Shown in pieces: positions 59,821 through 64,000 of a stretch of DNA of 64,000 nucleotides. The DNA is from Craspedostauros australis (Eukaryota). Location of the stretch: contig JALAGF010003705.1 of NCBI GenBank assembly GCA_030167865.1, forward strand, positions 1-64,000, read 5' to 3'. The position numbers and the translations under genes are program-made. Position 1 is the first letter of the stretch. Each line of letters opens with the position of its first letter. The notes below the pieces were generated by a model. The model ran no database searches, was not told the DNA's origin, and saw only the letters and a list, made by a program, of their open reading frames with translations.

Positions 59821-62766
59821 CTAATCTTCGGTAGTCTTGGTCAGCCCTGACGGTGCCTGGTGCCCCAGCCGCTTCCAGATCCTGTCATAGAACTCCTTCT
59901 CCCCAGGTCGTCGCCCACTGATCTCATCGCCCACAACGAAGCCGTGCAGGTATGTCAACTGCATGCGGACATCGGATGGACACAATGGACAGCGACGCAC
60001 GTGGTCCCAGAGGTCTGTGAGCTTGCTTGGCAACGTGCGTCGTCTACCGGGGAAGATGCGGCATAGCCCCATCCGGTTGAGCTCGCAGCAATGCCGGCAG
60101 GCGATGCCGGCCAAACCCAGCGGCAGCGTCTTGCGATTGCCAGTCCGTTCCACCTGCTGCAGCTCGACCCTCTGAACCTGGGTCATGAATTCGTAAAGGA
60201 ATTCTGGCACCAACGGTTTGTCGTCGGGATCAACCAACAGCATGGGCAGATCAGTCTCAGCGGCTGGCCTCGAGCTGTGCGCCAAGCGATCCAACATCTG
60301 CTCTGACGTCAACGTCGACGCACCATCGAACGGCAGTGGATGAGCACCGAGAGCGTTAGGGTCTTCATTGATCCAGATTCCGTATTCGGAATCGACCAAC
60401 CCGCGCTTCATGGCGGCGTACACCCAGTAGTGCTTTGAATCTGTCGCACCCTGCGACGTTTTGGCTTTCAGCTCCAAGAACCGATGGCGCAGCGAACTTG
60501 GAATCGCGGTGCATTTGCCAAAGTGATCCCGCAGCATCATTGTCAGGCTTTGGTAGATTCGGCTCAGCGACGAAGGGAAGCTGGAGGATCGGCTCGCACG
60601 CGCATTCATCTTCATGTGAGCACAGAAGCGGCATCGGATACCGACCTGCCCATGCGTGACCTTCTTACTGCTGTTCCGAGTGCGAACGTCCAACATGCTG
60701 GCCCGGAAGATTTCCACCAATTCCATGCGAACGAAGCACAGGAACTCTGACAACCAATTGTGATCCTCATCGGCGGCGAGCGGGATTGGTGTTCTGTCGG
60801 TGTATAATGGGATCATTGTGGACTCGATGGATGGCAATGGAAGCAACGAGGTAACCATGCGATTCAGCGCATCTGGATCTGTGGCACGAAGCTCTGTGTG
60901 GTGCTCCCTTCTTGCTGATGGCATGTAGCCGTATGGAGGCTGGAAGGCTGCTGATACCATCGCCAAGTCTTGTTGTCTACTGCTGTTATTGCCACCAACA
61001 TCCCCACCATTAGCAGCAGCAGCAGATGGCCAATCCATCGCTCTGGCGCTACGAGATTCTTGGTCGTCCACTGCTGATGTTCGTGTTGAGGACATCGCAG
61101 CCATGACGGCAGCTTCATCGGCCCAAGCAGCACGGGATGCTCGTGATGACGAGAGTCCTGCCGGAAAGGCCGGGTGGTGGGAGGACTGCGGAGCAAGGGG
61201 GTGGACTGATGCCGATGAATGCGATCTTGGGCGTGAGTGCCCGGGCACAAAATGGATGCTATCATCCACGGCAGGATAGTCTTGGCCACGTTGGAAGGAA
61301 GGAGCCATTGCTGAGTCAGCTCGTTCAGGATATGCGCCTTCCTCACCTGCACCTGGTGATTCGTGAGGCCTGCCGGGATGTTGATGACGATGATGGCGTG
61401 CAGAAGAGAATGGTGGACCAAGTGACTGAGCTACCTGCGCCCAAGGCATCGCGTGTTGGGCATTGTCGTTGGTCGCACCAGTGCGTGGGTCTACCAAGAA
61501 GTATGCAGGATCAACTGGGCCTGAGCGAAGGTGGTAGTCAGCAAGGTGATGGTGCATGTGCTGGCTCTGTTCGTAGAACGCTTCTCGGGGGTACGCAGAG
61601 TGCTGTTTGTCTTGGTAATGATAGCGATTGTAGGGTTGGATAGCATTGCTGTGAGGGTAGTGGTGCTGTGGGTGTAACGGTGGGTACTGCTGAGCTGGGT
61701 CTGCATCTGCACCTGCACCTGGACGTGGATATGTCTCATCGAGATGTCGTCTGGAGGAAGGTAAACGAGGAGACGTGTATTGAGGTGGGTTGTAGAGAGA
61801 CTCCTGCCGTCTGTCGTCGTGCATGGTTGCGTGGTGAACTCGCGATTCTTGGTGTAGTCTTGGATCCGCGCTCATAGTGGGGCCTCCGTGAAGGTAGTAT
61901 GCTGGATCAGCATGCATGTCATGCCTGCCAACCATTGCACTAGGATCTCCATCAATACCAACACCAACACCAGCTCTGGACCACGGGTAGCCCGCAATGG
62001 CACCAGGAGGATCTCTGATGTTGTGCATACCTGCTGCCCGGTCGCTGTCATAGCCACCTTTGGCATCATCTACGACCTGTGTGTGAGCTTCGTGCCTTCG
62101 GCGTTTGAGGAGGCTAGGGCTGTATGGATCCCGAGCACTGACGTCAGCATGCGCACGGGAAGAGAGAACTCTGGGAGATCCAGTCATCAGGTCCAGCTGG
62201 GCACGTTCATCGTCCCTTCTAGTGCCGTGCACAGCCTCTGCATGATTCGCTCGTTGCTGTTGCGGTAGACGTTGCTGCAGGGACAGTGATTCGGACGATT
62301 TGACCTCAGTTCCAACCGGCTTGTTGCCATCCTTCATCATCATCTGCTCTCCTCGCTCCATGTGCCCGTCAGATGCATCGCCGATGGCGCTTCGTGGATC
62401 GAATGTTCTGTGAATATCAACGTCACTGCCACCAGCAGCAGCAATGGAAGTGATCCCGCCAGCTTTCATGTCGTCTTGATCTGGAGATCGCCGTTTCTTT
62501 GAACCGAGCCTACCTGCTTGCTCGTCATGTCTTGGGAATGGAGGTTGTCTGTTCATCCGGGCTGCAGCTTCCGTAGCGAATGGTACAGGGACGAATGCTT
62601 CTCGCTGGTTGTCGTTGTCGTCGCCGTCGTTGTTGGTGTTGTTGTTATCATGGGTTGAGAGACGATGGTTCCCATCAGCAGCAGCATGCAGCTCTTCGTC
62701 CGTCCGGCCCTGCATGTGAAACGGGCACAGTCTTGTTGTTGGTGCTGGAACGATCAACTCGAGCAT
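59821..62766 (-). CDS. Uncharacterised protein with a low-complexity N-terminus and two C-terminal CxxC...H...C putative zinc modules
   Basis: Long ORF with repeats VGIRCRFC...FPSSLSRIYQS...DHFGKC..IP and AGIACRHC...FPG...DHVRRCPLCP. Start inferred at MLELIV. Confidence 0.7.
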   Translation of the reverse strand: MLELIVPAPTTRLCPFHMQGRTDEELHAAADGNHRLSTHDNNNTNNDGDDNDNQREAFVPVPFATEAAARMNRQPPFPRHDEQAGRLGSKKRRSPDQDDMKAGGITSIAAAGGSDVDIHRTFDPRSAIGDASDGHMERGEQMMMKDGNKPVGTEVKSSESLSLQQRLPQQQRANHAEAVHGTRRDDERAQLDLMTGSPRVLSSRAHADVSARDPYSPSLLKRRRHEAHTQVVDDAKGGYDSDRAAGMHNIRDPPGAIAGYPWSRAGVGVGIDGDPSAMVGRHDMHADPAYYLHGGPTMSADPRLHQESRVHHATMHDDRRQESLYNPPQYTSPRLPSSRRHLDETYPRPGAGADADPAQQYPPLHPQHHYPHSNAIQPYNRYHYQDKQHSAYPREAFYEQSQHMHHHLADYHLRSGPVDPAYFLVDPRTGATNDNAQHAMPWAQVAQSLGPPFSSARHHRHQHPGRPHESPGAGEEGAYPERADSAMAPSFQRGQDYPAVDDSIHFVPGHSRPRSHSSASVHPLAPQSSHHPAFPAGLSSSRASRAAWADEAAVMAAMSSTRTSAVDDQESRSARAMDWPSAAAANGGDVGGNNSSRQQDLAMVSAAFQPPYGYMPSARREHHTELRATDPDALNRMVTSLLPLPSIESTMIPLYTDRTPIPLAADEDHNWLSEFLCFVRMELVEIFRASMLDVRTRNSSKKVTHGQVGIRCRFCAHMKMNARASRSSSFPSSLSRIYQSLTMMLRDHFGKCTAIPSSLRHRFLELKAKTSQGATDSKHYWVYAAMKRGLVDSEYGIWINEDPNALGAHPLPFDGASTLTSEQMLDRLAHSSRPAAETDLPMLLVDPDDKPLVPEFLYEFMTQVQRVELQQVERTGNRKTLPLGLAGIACRHCCELNRMGLCRIFPGRRRTLPSKLTDLWDHVRRCPLCPSDVRMQLTYLHGFVVGDEISGRRPGEKEFYDRIWKRLGHQAPSGLTKTTED

Positions 62767-63494
62767 AGGTGTGGATTTGTGTTGCGTATGGGTGGCAAGA
62801 GGATGGGGTATTAAACAAGTGTAGTATTGGTGTGGTATTGGTGTGATGTGCGAGCGTAGTGGAGTATGTGCTCTATGCGAAACTCTGTCTGCCTTTGTCT
62901 CTCTCTCTCTGTGTCTGTCTCTGAATGCGAAATGTTGTGGAGGCCTTTTATGCTGGATTGTCAAAATGGTCGAATGTTGCAATGTTCCAACGTATAGTAT
63001 CGTGCAAACCATACAGCCATGCATTCAATCATCTATCGAACCACTGGTGTGCATGTATGGTATGGTTCGGGTGTGCGCTGCCTCGTCCACCCGATAGAGA
63101 GTTGCTGTGTGTTTGGAGAGAAGGGAGGACTGTGCGGTTTTGTGTTGTCACTTTCGTTGTGCCCTTGTACAGGTGCCGCCTCTATTGTCCGCCAGTCCGC
63201 AGTCTCTTGACGTGGTTTGGTTGCGATTAGATTGCCTGCCTGTCTTTGCGGTGTCCAGCCACAACCACAACGACAGCAATGTCAATAGTAATGCCGACTT
63301 GCCGAAGCAGAAGTGTTGATTTAGGAAGGGGAGAGAAGGTGAGGGGAAGAGAGAGAGAGAGGCAGAAATAATTTTGTTGATGTTGGTGGTCGATCCGCTC
63401 ACAGATCCGGTGATTTTGTCGTGGACGAATGGCCTGTGCAGACAAACGAACCTTGGGTGTGAATGCGTTCTTCTGTGCACCAATCGTCTGACGA

Positions 63495-63600
63495 GATGAT
63501 GACGATGACGACGATAACGATAACGATGATGATGATGATAACGATAACGATAACGATAACGATGATGATGATGATGACGATGGCGATACTGACGATGATG
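63495..63600. repeat. Compound (GAT/GAC/GATAAC)n simple repeat
   Basis: About 105 bp of GAY and GATAAC units. Confidence 0.85.
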
Positions 63601-64000
63601 TGAAGACCTCGTTCTTTCGATTGTAATGCCGTATCCTTGTCTGGGTTGTCTCGATTGTCACACCTGTAACAACTGTCTCAACCATCCCAGTCTGTTTCAC
63701 TGTGGCGTTGCCAGCGAGAGGACGAGTACGACAAAAAAACACCACAGAGAAGGGCACTGGACGAGAAAGAGAGCAACGATGCACGAACGCGTCCACCGCA
63801 ATTCTACTCCGCTGCGTGGCTCGCACATTCAAGTACCATGCATACGGACAAGCATCACAACACCCCGATTGTCGGACGCGTACTCCGGTTGGTACTCCCG
63901 AAGGGGCGCTGCCACTGCCAATCGCCAGTTTTGCCATGGGTGATCTTCACGGATGAGTTCGCGCAGACGCACGTTTGTTGCATAGCGCGGACGAATGGTG

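Noticed and set aside
63227-63937. 236-aa minus-strand Ser/Leu-rich ORF
   Set aside because: The frame is held open largely by the simple repeat; there is no other coding evidence.

Overview
Gene-dense eukaryotic nuclear DNA, most likely from a diatom or related photosynthetic stramenopile. This is inferred from GT-AG introns of about 190-490 nt, bipartite plastid presequences (signal peptide followed by A-F) and protein families typical of diatoms; the species cannot be determined. The window holds about 20 protein genes: BTAF1/Mot1, GCP3, RPL6, VPS72, TRPC4AP-like, ALDH, pirin, EndoU, DUF1350, PEX16, Mpv17/PMP22, MYND-UBE3D, GRX5, XPC, Derlin, ELM2-SANT-PAH and several uncharacterised ones. 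It also has a tRNA-Ala(CGC) and two frameshifted probable pseudogenes. The most notable observations are: (1) a complete 685-bp non-coding miniature LTR retrotransposon (TRIM) with identical 165-bp LTRs, an atypical primer-binding site and a 6-bp target-site duplication; (2) a plastid-targeted protein resembling only the C-terminal domain of FtsZ, without the GTPase domain; (3) an EndoU ribonuclease fused to an unrecognised tandemly duplicated N-terminal domain; and (4) a sharply CpG-depleted decaying gene that suggests methylation-driven mutation. All family assignments come from motif recognition by eye; no database searches were run.
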